39,052 nt of DNA from Circinaria calcarea (lineage: Eukaryota). The notes under the pieces are model-generated. The model worked only from the letters and a program-made list of their open reading frames with translations. It searched no databases and had not been told where the DNA came from. This document shows, one piece after another, positions 1 through 12,827 of the stretch (position 1 is the stretch's first letter; every line of letters begins with the position of its first letter). The position numbers were made by a program, and so were the translations under genes. Location: assembly GCA_051942165.1 (NCBI GenBank), contig JAVECS010000026.1:1-39052 (forward strand), given 5' to 3'.

Positions 1-1313
1 AGCCTCACCAGACCCTGTACACACATCAGTATATGCTCATCACGACCCTTCACCACCGAATCTCCATTAAAAAGTTCGGATAAGAACCGAGTCAAGAACT
101 CACCTCTTGCACACAAGTCGCCACAAGCCTGCCCTCCCGGCTCCAAATCCGCTGCAGCACCAAGCCCCTCCCCTCACCCGCCCATGGACTCTCCATTTCG
201 GAGAACAGCCACTCATCCGCCTTGCACTCTCGCGGGCGATGGAAATAAATCGTATGATCTAAACTCACCATCATACCGATCGTCGCATTACCTAGGTTAT
301 TTTTGTTTTCGGCGGCTTCGAGGGAGGCCATTTTGTGGGGCCATTGGCTGGGGTGGTTTTGGGATTGGACGGCAGGGCTTACTTTTTGGGGGTCGGAGGA
401 GTGGGTGGTGGCGATGGAGATGGGACTGCCGAAACGCCAGAGGTTGTGCACGCGGGCGATGGTGCCGATGAAGTAACTGTCGGACATGTAGGCCAGCGCG
501 GAGAGGTGGGCTTGGGGCCCGGAGCGGGGGGAGATGCGGCCGCGGGCTTTAATCCATTGGCGGGTGCGTTTGGTGTGCGGATGGGGGGAGGAGTCTATGG
601 CGTGAGCAGAAGGATATGGTGGTTAGCTGTCTCCCTAGTTAAGTGGCAGATGGGGGGTTAGGCGGCGAGGAGTCTTACTGTTCAATATTTCTAATCGTTT
701 AGAGATGAACGGTCCAGAGTCTTCTTCGCCGTTGTGCTCGTTTTCTACAAGGAGCGCGGGGTCACCTTCGTCTGGGGAGTTTTGCTCGAGTATTTCGCGC
801 ATTCCTTCGGGCATTTCCCACTCGTGATCTACTGTCTTGGCTCCGCCGCTTCCTTCTCGGACGAAACTTGCGGTTGTGGTGAAGATGCATTTCCCCCTTT
901 GTCTGGCTTGCACGGTCCGGGTCATGAAGCTCTTGCCTTCCCGCACCCTCTCCACATGATATAAAATGGGAATGGAAGCGTCGCCGGCGAGGACAAAGTA
1001 ACAATGCATGCTATGAATAAGGAATACTACGTTATTATTCACGGAAGAGGGAGGTGGAATAGTGTGCTGCGCGGCCGCGAGTGATTGGGCAATGGCAGCA
1101 CCGCCGTAAATACCGCGAGCGCCGGGAGGGTGCCATAGTGGGCGGGTGTTTGTAAAGATGTCCTAGAAAGAATCAATTGGGAACGTTGCAATGACGGGAA
1201 AGATAGGAGCTCACTGGACCGATATCAGCCAAAGGTGTCAGCTCGAGGACATTCTCGATGGCGGATTTGGTGGGATCTATTGGTGGAGGCTTCACTAGGG
1301 TTGCGGACGGCAT
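1..1313 (-). CDS. Acyl-CoA thioesterase II (TesB/ACOT8/Tes1 family), 3' end runs off the window
   Basis: Spliced translation from the ATG at 1313: MPSATLVKPPPIDPTKSAIENVLEL..|DIFTNTRPLWHPPGARGIYGG..HSMHCYFVLAGD..RTVQARQRG..AHLSALAYMSD..MVSLDHTIYFH..EMESPWAGEGRGL..ATCVQE|GLVR. There are three GT..AG introns, near 1214-1163, 677-594 and 103-15. Confidence 0.93.
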
Positions 1314-1508
1314 TGCTTTGTGGTGGAGAAGCTTGTTTCCTTCAATTGACAGCAGCTACCCTATATACAATACAGAGAGCTATGATATTAGATATATTAG
1401 ATCGAGTCATGCTGCCAACATCCCGTCCCAAAGCACGAGGGCATCACGTTCTGGGTATAACTTGCCGAGGTACAATTCCTCAAACTCCGACCACCGACTT
1501 TCTTCAAA

Positions 1509-1738
1509 TCGAGGCGGTGAGCAGAAGTCGCTGCCGAATATAATATGATACTAGAGGACCCCTCACATATACATCACAGCTGGTCGATTTGAATGTATAG
1601 AAGTCTTGTTAAAGGCTCGCGCTATAGATAATGGGAACGGAACACCCCCCATACACTGATTGTAATATCTATTCGAGGGTCGTGAGGTCGTCGGAAGGGT
1701 TTTTCGGCGGTAACGACTTTTGCACACCGGCCTCGAAT
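1509..1738 (-). repeat. Dispersed repeat / coding relic, copy 1 (homologous to 21345-21526)
   Basis: Shares blocks with copy 2: tcgaggcgg..gaagtcgctgccg, gatact.gaggacccc, acatatacatcac.gctggtcgatt, gtcttgtt.aag.ctcgcgc, gcacaccggcctcgaat. Confidence 0.85.
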
Positions 1739-2042
1739 GATCTGCCTTCCTGCCAGCCAATTGCTTGCGACCCCTTAGAGAAGGATGCTGCTATGACTGC
1801 AAAAGAAATAAGCCATCAGAAGCGAAATAGATCCTCCACTCAAGTAACAAGAGTCGTGATGAATGTTTGGAGTTCTCATGGAAGCTGAAGATTGGTACAC
1901 GGGGCCCCTAGTTTACACGTGATGATAGGAGAGTATTTCAAGTTTCTATTAGGAACATGGAATCATAAGCCCGGATGCGCTTGGTGGCATTGATGGTTGT
2001 GCAACAGCAACTGACCCTGGTGCTATCCACTAGACAAGTCGA

Positions 2043-3506
2043 CTACACACCTTTCCTTGCTATCCAATGGGATACCCTATATAAATTTTGGAACATGCTC
2101 TCTGGGTTCTGTATGTACCCAGCCCCGTCTATCCGGATCTCATGCCTCTCGATGTGGAATCCCATCCTCTCCACTAGTAGCAGTAACTCCTCATCTGTTA
2201 GCTCCACGCTGCCCGGTTCTCCGATTCCAGAAGGACTTTTGCCTCCTTCAAATTTGCTTTGTGGTGGTTGGTCCGAAGGGCCTCTTTCCTCAAAATGCCA
2301 CAGCAATGGACCCAAGTTGATCCATGTTCCTCCATTCTTGAGGCAGTTGTGAATGACTTCAATGTACCGGAAAACGTTCGGCGCAGTATCAACAAAGAAA
2401 AGGGTGACCACTGCATCATATGTATTTCTATAACCCTCTTTGCCATATAATACTTTGAAGTCCGCCGCTGTCATACTCATTCTTTCCAAGGCGGGGCTTC
2501 CTGAGACCAGACTTGACCTTTCCAGCTCCGTTCCTGGATGAACATCTGGAATCTCCACGGCCTTAAGCTGGTGTTCGATGCTGATATTATTTGAGAATGT
2601 CAGCGCGAAAGGGTAAAGTTTGAACATTTCTTTAGGTTGAATGACATTCAAGACCCAGTGGCTGGTGATGAGTTGATGGTAGGATAACTCATTCCCCTCG
2701 ACAGTATATCCCATTTTACATATCTCATATACTAGGCGGCCTAGACCAGCTCCAGGAACAAGAACTTTAATCAATGACTTATCCCCGGTAGCCATGAAAG
2801 TCTCGGAGAGGTCATTCAATACTGGATCATAGCATTTTCGGCGTTCGGGAGCGCCTTCAGTACTCCAGTCTCTGTAAAGCTGCCGAATCGTTGTGCGTAC
2901 TTTGTCCATGTCTGAAGGCTTTGCCTTGTCTCTCCAGTCCATAGTCATGTCCACAGGATCAGGATGAAGGCCGAAGGCGTGAAGTCCCACTGTCAGTATC
3001 CTCGATGCTATGTCAGCGTTGGCATCAATTGCATCGTCGACGCGGTCAAGCTTGGAAAGAATCTCGAAGGGTGGTGCCGCAAGGATTTGCCATTGCGAGG
3101 AAGGCAGAGCATAAAGGTTTTGACGTCGACGGTGTGTCACATTATAGTGGGCAGCTTTCCGATACTGACTAAAAAAGTCAATACGTAATATCAACCCTGG
3201 ATCTCCAGTGTCGTACTCCCCTATTATGGGAAATGAAGAGCAGAGGCGGATAGAATCACGCTACGGATTTGTACACTGCAGAGCAATAACAAGAAAGGAC
3301 TATTGTTCCAATCAAATTGAAATATCGAACTATACTGTACCATAACAAGTAAAGCACCCCCGTCCTAAAACTCATCTTGAAGAGCGCAAGCCCTCTAGAG
3401 ATATAAGCACATACCGAAATGAGTCAAGAGCAGCGAAAAGAACCCGTTTCTCTTCCACATCCGAAAAAGGGTCGAATGACGTGCCAGAGTCCTCTTCTAT
3501 CTCCAT
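2043..3506 (-). CDS. Carnosine N-methyltransferase-like protein (N2227/CARNMT1 family, SAM-dependent)
   Basis: Motifs KVRTTIRQLYRDWSTEGAPER, VLVPGAGLGRL, GNELSYHQL, FFVDTAPN, WINLGPLLWHF. Exon 1 is 3506-3415 (MEIEEDS..VLFAALDSFR) and the intron is 3414-3169. Confidence 0.93.
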
Positions 3507-3764
3507 TTCACCACTTGTTCAATTAAACGCATGTAAACATAAGTGCAAACCTATGAGTAGAATCAGATCTGACCAATTTCTCGAACGTGTAGAAAAGATA
3601 GTGCATTTCAATAGAAATTGTCTATTCTATGTAGGGCTGCTTAGCGGCTAATCATGCTAGACTCAAATATCCTTTGCAAACATCAAGAGTACAACATATA
3701 TACTTCGTATCAGGCCTCTGAAATTGCACCGTCATAGCCTGTACAAGATCAACGACTCATACCT

Positions 3765-4325
3765 ATGGATACAATACCCTCTCAGGCAGAGGGTTACAAT
3801 GATCCCAATGTGCCAGCCCAGGCTATTCCACTGTCTCTCCACCCGAAGCACATGGCAATCCCGTTACCCCTTTCTCCCCATATGACACTCCACATCCAAC
3901 TTACACGCCTTGAAAAGTGTACCATGATCTTCCTAACTACCACCGATCCATCCACATCTTCCTCACTAAGCGCACTTGGATCGTTTGTTTATGCTATGCC
4001 TAATGTATGCGGCGCTCCCTACTGTCATTAACTTTTTCTCCCCTACCAAACACTTAACAATGCTAATTTGTTATGTGAGTAGCGTGTCAACCCTGCGGAC
4101 GTTCTGAGTACAGCTCTTTACTCGATTCCTGGTAGCATCGATTTCGCAACCCGCATGGCTAAGATTATTGCTCGTAAATCTGGGAAGCCTACATACGTGG
4201 GCTGCAGTGCCTCTTTTGTGGGATCTATGGTGGAAGAAGAGATGGATGCAGTAAAACTTGCTGTAGACGCAGTCATGGAAGAGTTTAATGGTGAAGACAG
4301 GCCGGTAAAGGTAAATGGTGTGTGA
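3765..4325 (+). CDS. Proteasome assembly chaperone 4 (PAC4/PSMG4-like)
   Basis: Two exons (intron 4005-4082): ..LHIQLT..LGSFVYAMPN|RVNPADVLSTALY..DFATRMAKIIARKSGKPTYVGCS..*, which matches the fungal PAC4 pattern. Confidence 0.8.
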
Positions 4326-5053
4326 GCGAACACGGTGTTGTCTGCATAATGGACCGTCGCAAGGCAAACAGCCCCGCGGTACACTCAAACGAGTTCTGGG
4401 CATCTCGCACAAAGCTTTAAGCAAGAGGGTTGTGGAGGGGAAGCAGCTTTCTGGAAAATGGAGGTATGACCGCGTCCTACATATCTAAAGAAGGCTATCT
4501 AACGTAATCAGCAGGATGCGCTAAACCCAACTACAACGGCTACGAAGTTTGTATAGTGGCTGAGTTTAACCGTACCCAAGTTATCATTATTTAGAAAGGG
4601 TGGGTGTTGATATGGCAAAACACAAGTGACGTATCAAAGAAGTCAGGTACTGTTTGAACGTTGCCGGGTTTCCAGGCTTCTTCGTATGATCGTTCATAGG
4701 GAAGAAGATATGACCTACGCGATAGGCTGTCTGCTTGAGAGGAGAAGTACATTATACATTACACACACTACCGGAATCAGACGTTTTACCAATTACTCGA
4801 AATCTTAACATTTCATCAAACGGTATCAATATCCTTCATGAATAGGTTCGCTTTGATCTACCCTCTTCTCTTCTTCACACGTCGTTCTGCCAAGTACCCA
4901 ATTCGACCTGACCTAGGAGTCCCTTACCATTAGACCAGTAATACTGGAGTTGCTGGCACTCATTCGCTGCTTACAGATTATGGGAGACAATGCGTAAGAC
5001 ATACTCAATCCCATCTAAAAATCGTTCGTAAACAGCAAAGAAGAACCCCGAGG

Positions 5054-5089
5054 TTTAGGGTTCGAGCTTATCGATAAGGCTTAGAGATA
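5054..5089. promoter_or_regulatory. Candidate SDA1 promoter elements: TTAGGGTT motif, CTTATCGATAAG palindrome (5067-5078), GATAA
   Basis: Motifs seen directly 120-160 nt upstream of the SDA1 ATG. Function is inferred only. Confidence 0.3.
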
Positions 5090-5209
5090 ATATCCTTGTA
5101 CAGAACTACAATAGCGCAACTGCCATGCCGGATCCCAAGAATTCGCGAATGACATTGGGACCGGATACTTGTAACATTCTACTTTTATTGAGGATCTTTA
5201 TATTGCAAG

Positions 5210-7641
5210 ATGGGAAAGCGAAAAGTAGGGGCGCTAGAGAAGGTCGATGCGGACCTGTGAGAGAGAAAGCTTTCATTCCTCTTCAATATATGGTACTGAT
5301 CGGGGCGCATGCAGTTCAAATCTTCAGTACAAAATACGGCGAGATCCAGTGTAAGCTTTGAATTACACTTTGTGAAATACTCAAGCTAATTTATGGCAGC
5401 TCATACAAGGAGGACTTTTTGCGGCAATACCGCCAATACGAGTCCCAAAGAGAAATTTTCCTTCAGGCACCATCTTCTGCAACCGACAGTGGCATTGTGT
5501 CGCTTCGAGACCTCATTGACTTCATCTCCCATGTCGCCGATTGTTACCCAGACATCACTACAAGCTTTTCGGAAGAGCTTCAGCAAATTATTACTTTACA
5601 CCACAGGGAATTGGAATCAGAGCTTCGAGAGAAAATAGTAGGGAGCTTGGTCCTTCTACGAAGGAAAGATGTGATTGATTCATCGATGTGAGTACCACCA
5701 AAGACCGCATTTTTGGGGTACAATCGTTGACGGCTAGCAACTACTAGACTATTGCATGCGTTATTTCCCATTCTAACGACTACACCAAGCAAATCGTTAA
5801 GAACGCTCCTTTTTCAAAAGATTCTCTCCGATTTACGGACATCCAATTCGAAAACGACAAATCATCGCCTCAATCGTACAATCCAAACCGTTCTCTACAA
5901 TTTGTTGACGTCCGACCGCACATCTCCTAAAGGCTTATGGGCCGTGAAGCTCACACGAGAACTATGGAAACGTCAGATATGGACGGATTCAAAAGCTGTC
6001 GAGATTATGAAGGAGGCTAGTCTAGCAGACAACGAGAAAGTTATAGTCGGCGGCGTTCGCTTCTTTTTAGGTGGAGATAAGGAGAGGGAAGAAATGGAAG
6101 ACGAAAGTAGTGACGAAGACGCTGTCGATATCGGTAAGCTAAAGCACCAAATGGGCATCAATAAGAAAACAAAAAAGAAGGCTAGGGCCATGGAGAATGC
6201 AGTGGCAGTGGTGAAGAAAAAGGAGCGGAAAAAGAAGCAGCCACATCCGCTAAATTTCTCGGCATTTCACCTGTTACACGATCCGCAGGGATTTGCAGAG
6301 TCCCTCTTTACAAAGCATCTTCATAACTCAAAGTCAAAGCTTAATCTGGAACAGAAGCTTCAAGTTCTTCAGCTTGTTTCCCGACTTGTTGGACTCCATA
6401 AACTTACCGTGATCAGCCTATATTCCTACTTTATCAAATATCTAACCCCCCGACAACCTTCTGTAACGTCTTTCCTGGCTTCTCTCGCACAAGCTACACA
6501 TTCTCTTGTACCCCCAGACGTGCTCGAGCCTCTAGTGCAAAAAATTGCGAACGAGTTTGTGTCAGAAGCTGCAGCATCGGAAGTTGCGTCAGCTGGACTC
6601 AATGCTATCAGGGAAATCTGTGTTAGACAGCCTTTGGCCATGAACGATACGCTGCTCCAAGATCTTGTTATGTACCGGAAAAGTAAAGACAAAGGTGTCG
6701 TAATGGCTGCTAAGGGGTTGTTAGGACTGTACCGAGAGGTTGGCGCGGAGCTGTTGAATAAACGGGACAGAGGCAAGGCAGCAGCAATGGGTTTGCGAGC
6801 TGGAGATCGGAAGGAGCGTAGATTTGGTGAGGAGGCAGCGGGTGAAATAGAAGGTTTAGAGCTGCTCGAGAAGTGGAAACAGGAAGAGAAGGAAAGGAAA
6901 CAAGTTGGAAAAGGGACCCCAGGCGATTCAGCGGAGGAAGCTGAAACAACTGATGAGGAAGATGCAGACGATGGCTGGGAAGTCGAAGCCAACGATAGCG
7001 ATGACTCCGGGGGGTGGATCGACGTAGAGAGTGATGCAGAAATCGAGATTAGTGACTCGGAGGACGACAAACCGGCTACTAAACGAGCAAAGCTTGATTC
7101 AACAGTCGGAGTAGTGGACGAGGATAAAGAGAATAAAATTGATGTAGCTACGGAGCTCGAGACGAAGACATCCACTCTTGCGACTACTCGTATACTAACG
7201 CCAGCGGACTTGGCAAAACTTCAAGAACTTCGCTTGGCAGCCAGCGTCAACAAACACCTTCCTGCCTCCCAGCGTAAAAAGGCTGCACAGCAGCTCGCTG
7301 CACAGAGCAGACATATGGATGATCCGTTGACTGCAAACGAAATAGAAGGATTGGCAGCGCTATCAAAGAAATCATCCAAGGCCGAGAAGGTGGCGCGAGC
7401 AAAGGATGGACAACTGGATAGGTCAGAACACAAGAGCACACAGGCCATACGTCGGGAGAAGAAAGAAAGTGAAGGTAAAAGTACAACGAACAGGGAAAAG
7501 GCGAGGAAGAAGAATTTCATGATGACCTTGGGCAAGGCAAAGGGGAAGCAGAAGAAGAGTCTGGTGGAGAGAGGAAGGGTGTTGAAAGCACATGTAGAAA
7601 GGGGGAAACGTGGAGGGAAGAGAGGTAACAAGGGAAAGTAA
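5210..7641 (+). CDS. SDA1: SDA1, 60S ribosome biogenesis/export factor
   Basis: MGKRKVGALEKVDADL|SNLQYKIRRDP|SYKEDF.., HLLHDPQGFAE, ANEFVSE, GLNAIREICVRQP, TRILTPAD, STTNREKARKKNFMM. Three short 5' introns. Confidence 0.96.
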
Positions 7642-7991
7642 ACAGTTATGCTTGGAGAACTTGATGATATGATACCCCAGAATTGCATATGAAGGTGTAG
7701 TAATGACACAGTGCAGACTCCTTGCAAAATCTCGGTGTCAAGTAGCTATCAACGCTTGTTCGATTGTGATGTTGCACAATCGTGGACTGGATGAGAATTT
7801 CCAATAACGTGGCTAGGTGTACTCCAACTCATCTTGAAGTGTAGAAACTCCGTAGCGAAAACCCTTAGCGCGCACCACTTTCACTAGCATAGGCGAGATC
7901 TCGAAAACCAGTAATTTCCAACAACCACGTCAAATCACCCCACATTGATTGATTCTGCAACTCATCGTCAAGCTACCAAAGACATCACATT

Positions 7992-8883
7992 ATGTCCGAC
8001 AACGGTGAGGTCGAGGTGGAAACACCCAACGGGTACCAAGTTCTGCCCAAAGACGTCACAGAGGAAATAGGCACCATCAAGCTCTTCAACAAGTGGAGCT
8101 ACGAAGATGTCGAGATCAGGGATATCTCTTTGACGTGAGTTGCTCCAGGCGGTCGTGGACTGCTTCAGCAATCCGAGTGCGAGGGAAAATGCTAGTTTGT
8201 ACTGGGATCTATCCAAGAATTGGAGGTCTGATGTGGGATCACTGCTAATCCGACTTCTTCAATACAGCGATTACATCCAAATCCGCTCACCAGTCTACAT
8301 CTCCCACTCCGCCGGCCGATACGCCGTCAAAAGATTCCGGAAAGCACAATGCCCAATTATCGAGCGCCTCACAAATTCCTTGATGATGAACGGTCGCAAC
8401 AATGGCAAAAAGCTTATGGCAGTTCGCATAGTTGCTCACTCCTTTGAGATCGTACGTCTCCCCTTTCTCTTAAGACCGGCAAATACGGCATACCTACTTT
8501 AATAAATAATTCATTTGTAGTATGGTTATCATCAGGTACTATAGGCTAACATTAAGCTTCCATAGATTCACATCATGACCGACCAAAACCCCATCCAAGT
8601 TGCTGTCGACGCCATTGTTAACTGCGGTCCTCGAGAGGACAGCACCCGTATCGGTTCAGCTGGTACCGTCCGCCGTCAAGCCGTCGATGTTTCGCCTCTC
8701 CGCCGTGTCAACCAAGCAATAGCTCTACTTACCATCGGTGCCAGGGAAGCAGCTTTCAGGAATGTGAAAAGCGTGGCGGAGTGCTTGGCGGAGGAGTTGA
8801 TCAATGCGGCAAAAGGAAGCAGTAATAGCTATGCTATTAAGAAAAAGGATGAGCTGGAGCGTGTAGCCAAGAGTAATCGATAG
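7992..8883 (+). CDS. RPS5: 40S ribosomal protein S5 (uS7)
   Basis: [72 protein letters not shown]. Introns 8135-8267 and 8452-8565. Confidence 0.98.
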
Positions 8884-9910
8884 GTGGGTTTAGGCGGTGG
8901 TGGTTCCAAGGGTACTACAGCCTGGAGATGGGAGATATCCGGTGGATACTGATTGGGCTTGTATGCTACAAATATTTTGCCATGGTTTAGATAAGGATGA
9001 ACAATCAGCCCTTCCATACCAACTCCTCTTTGCTATTTGAAACTACCCACAAGTGTGCCTGTCAGTAATTCTATGCTCAATAACCACGCATACGGTTGGA
9101 GAGTAATCTGCCGGTTTTTAAGCACAATGATCTGACCCGTGCCGGTTAAGGTCGTGGGCGACTGTCATATAACCCAGGTTGGGATCCAGTAAATAGTCGG
9201 TTGTAGCGTGTGTCCAGTAAAATAAGAAATCGAAAGTGAGCAATATGTTTGATAAAGTTATAAAGCAACAGATCAAGTTCATCTAGCTCGGAATCGGACG
9301 TCAAAAACTGCAAAAGTATTACTACGGATGTATCTCCGAAGATACTTTACTCACTTTGTGGTGTCTTTACGTTGACGTGAGGGAGCTTCATACTCACACC
9401 GGCTCACTGCCCGGGGCTACATCGTGTCTGATTGAATCTCTTGCAGAAAATGTTAAATCAAACTGGTGTGCTGGGAAGGCGAGTCATAGGTTGAAATTTC
9501 CCTGCAAGCGAGTCGATCTATCCACAGCCCTTGCTCGATCTATCCAGTCCGTGGCGAATGTTATGCCGAAAGCAAAGCACCGAGATCCAATGATGGACAA
9601 ACATGATAAGCCACTTCGGTCAAGGAAACGCATTTAACACAGGGCAAGGTCGGCAGTTCTTCCTTGTCGGGAAGGTCCGTAACTGGAGGACCTTGTCGTC
9701 ATGCAGGCACGTGGAGCATTGGATTGGCTGTGGGAATTGAGGCTTTCACCAATACGGCATACTGGCGGACTCCACCGTTGAACCTCCTTGCCAAGTGCTT
9801 CAAGTCTTTCTATATGAAGCTCCGATGGACCACCGTGAAGTTGCTCGCTTTTGGTGTGATACCTTCGATAAAGGAGTCATCAAACGTGTCACCTTAAGAA
9901 AGCCGCCAAC

Positions 9911-12301
9911 ATGCAGTTGCTCACTATTGTCAGCTTGCTTTGGGTGACCTTACAACCGGCCCTAACATGTCAGAATTGCTACGGAGCCCGAGATGATGCT
10001 GCCCACGTACGAAATGTCAGGCGTATGCAACCGGGTGCTCAGAATGCTTCGGCTTCACCCCGAGGCCCTCTTGCCTGGGGTCAACTCAATTTCCTCCACA
10101 CTACAGACACGCACAGCTGGCTAGAAGGCCATCTGAAGGAGGCAAACTACGGTGCCGATTGGGGAGACTATGTTAGTTTCACGCGGCATATGAAGCAGAG
10201 GGCCGGTAAACTGGGAGTTGATTTACTGCTTATAGATACAGGGGTAAGAGAATCAATCTGCCCCCATGTTTGTAGCTAGGGTATCTAAACAAACCCGCCA
10301 GGACTTGCATGATGGCAACGGACTCGGGTAATTCTTCCCCTGCTTTGACTCGGGAATTTCTAATGTCTGGTAGTGATGCTACAATTCCCAATGGACTTCT
10401 TTCGAATCCAGTCTTCCAGAACATCGATTACGACCTTTTAGCTATCGGTAAGCTCCTACTGATACAGCATGATATGCTTTCCTGATCCTTACGTGAGGTG
10501 GTCCCCAGGCAATCATGAACTTTACCTTAGCGACGTAGCATACCTGACTTTCAACCGATTCAGCAAGGCATACGGCGATCGCTACTTGACCAGCAACGTC
10601 CAGATTTTGAACCCTGCCACCGGACAGTTTGAGTACATTGGAGCCCGATACCGGTATTTCACAACTGCACAAGGTAGGTCTAACAGACCTTTACCAAGAT
10701 CAACACGCTGAGTCTTACTTGAAAAGGTCTACGCATTATGAGCTTTGGCGTCCTCTACGACTTTACCGGGAATGCTAAGAACGTTACCAAAATCATCAAA
10801 GCAGCCACCCTTGTGACGGAAGACTGGTTCTTGGACGCTGTCAATTTTGCAGAACCCATAGATTTGTTTCTGGTTATAGGGCACAATCCCGCGAGAGCTG
10901 GGAGTCGCGGCAGTACCTTTGGTACCATATACCAGGCTATCCGCTCTTTACGTCCAGATATTCCCATCCAAACTTTTGGGGGTCACTCTCACCGCAGGTA
11001 CATAAATTTTACGTGAAAGTTCCGGTGAACCTTACTAAAGACGTCTTAGGGATCTGAGTGTGTATGACAGCGGTACCGTAGGTATGGAGTCCGGACGCTA
11101 TTGTGAAACGCTGGGATGGCTATCGATGAGCGGGATCAAGTCAAGCAACTTCAAGGGCAAGATGAAACCACGCGGTGTACCTAACCCTACTCAAAAAGCT
11201 ATCAAAGTGCCTACGGGTACAGGCACTGCCAGTGCAGGCTTACCAACCGCGACTGCAAACTCTACTGCAACTCCTGCAGCCTTCTCGAAGTTGGTCTACT
11301 CTCGTCGTTACCTTGACTGGAATCGTCTCACATTTGCATACCATGCTGTGGGTTCTCAGTCCAATACTTTCGATTATCAAAGTGGGCTCCGAGTGACTTC
11401 GGAAATCACAAATCTCCGCACACAGCTGAATCTAACTTCCCTATATGGGTGCGTACCGGCTACATATTGTATTTCTTGCAGACCTTTTGGAACCAACGGT
11501 AATATATATACATTACTGGAGGTCGCCGTCGGGGCGGTTGTTATCAACGAATCGCGTGCGGACATTCCACGATTGATCTTCCTCAATACAGGTAGTATCA
11601 GATTTGATCTTGTAGCGGGTCCCTTTACTTATGACGACTCTTTTATCGTTTCCCCTTTCGCGAACGCCTTTGAGTATATCAAGAATGTACCGTATGACCT
11701 GGCGAGTCAGGTTCTTGCCACTCTCAATGCTGGACCCGCAGACAAGAAGCGACGAGATCTCGAGACTAGTGATTTTGGGTTCACCTCACTTCAAGGGGAT
11801 TCTTGCGTGGATGCAGTCGTCGCTTCCTACCAGGGTAAAGATGGACTGAAGCGTCGTTCCGAGCCTATGACGAGAGGGAAGAATCGGAGGCAGACCACTA
11901 CGCTAACACCTGGATATGTCACTATAGGTACATGATTCTTGATAAGAGTAATGTGAGAGTGCGCAACACTGACTTGGTTAGATGATTTTGGGACTGACGG
12001 CGACGACACCGTTCATTCAAGGATACCGTACTATCCGCAGCCGAGATATTTCCAGAGCAACGGATCTTTCCCGACCACTGGCCCTCCTCCAGCGACTGTT
12101 GATCTAGTGTTCCTAGATTATATCGCCACAAACGTTTTGGCTGCCCTTACAAGGTTGGGAGCTAATTATACGTCGGCTGATGTTGACTACTATCTCCCCG
12201 AATCCTTTACCTCCAACGACTATCTTCCAGCCTTTGCACAGAAGTTCTGGCAGGCCAATGTGCCGAACTGTCCGGTTGGAGTGGGGATCGGGTCATCTTG
12301 A
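9911..12301 (+). CDS. Secreted calcineurin-like metallophosphoesterase / 5'-nucleotidase-like protein
   Basis: Signal-peptide-like N-terminus. Metallophosphoesterase motifs [38 protein letters not shown], then [11 protein letters not shown] and NTGSIRFDL. Six GT..AG introns traced in frame. Confidence 0.88.
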
Positions 12302-12827
12302 TAGTGGGGGGAAGAGTTGCATTACTCATTGACTATGATGGACTGACGTTACGACCTTTTTGGGTTCTCGGCAGTAGCAAAAACCATCATCATGCATATT
12401 ACATTGTATAACAGTATCCAATCAAATCACTTTCCGATTGCAGGAGCGCGTGAGTTAGCATATCGGAGTAACTATGTAAAATCCAATATAATTGAATCTT
12501 CAGAGTTACATGATATGAAGTAATGCCCTCGATTGGAAAAGCCTTCCCCCGCTATCGGCCCGGGAAAACAGGAAAACAGGGAAACAGGGTTACTCCAGCC
12601 CTATCTCAATGGACCCGAGTGACGCCAAGAGTTGCTGTATTCAAATTCACCCGCACAGCCTCACTGCAGGTACGTCCCGGGTGACATTCAATCAGTGATG
12701 TCCCGTGGTGGGTTTTCAACGGAGTCTATCACAGATAAATCCCTCTCCACCAGCATACCTGATTTCACTCACCCACCCCAACTCTCCTGCTTGAGGTTAC
12801 ATCTACGATATCTTGCATCACAACACC

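Noticed and set aside
6426..7727. Long antisense ORFs (249 aa, 168 aa) over SDA1, and similar shadows over other genes
   Set aside because: Ser/Phe-rich mirror translations of Glu/Lys-rich coding DNA, with no independent coding signal.
8135..8267. Possible intronic snoRNA in RPS5 intron 1
   Set aside because: A CTGA is present but there is no C box or convincing H/ACA layout.
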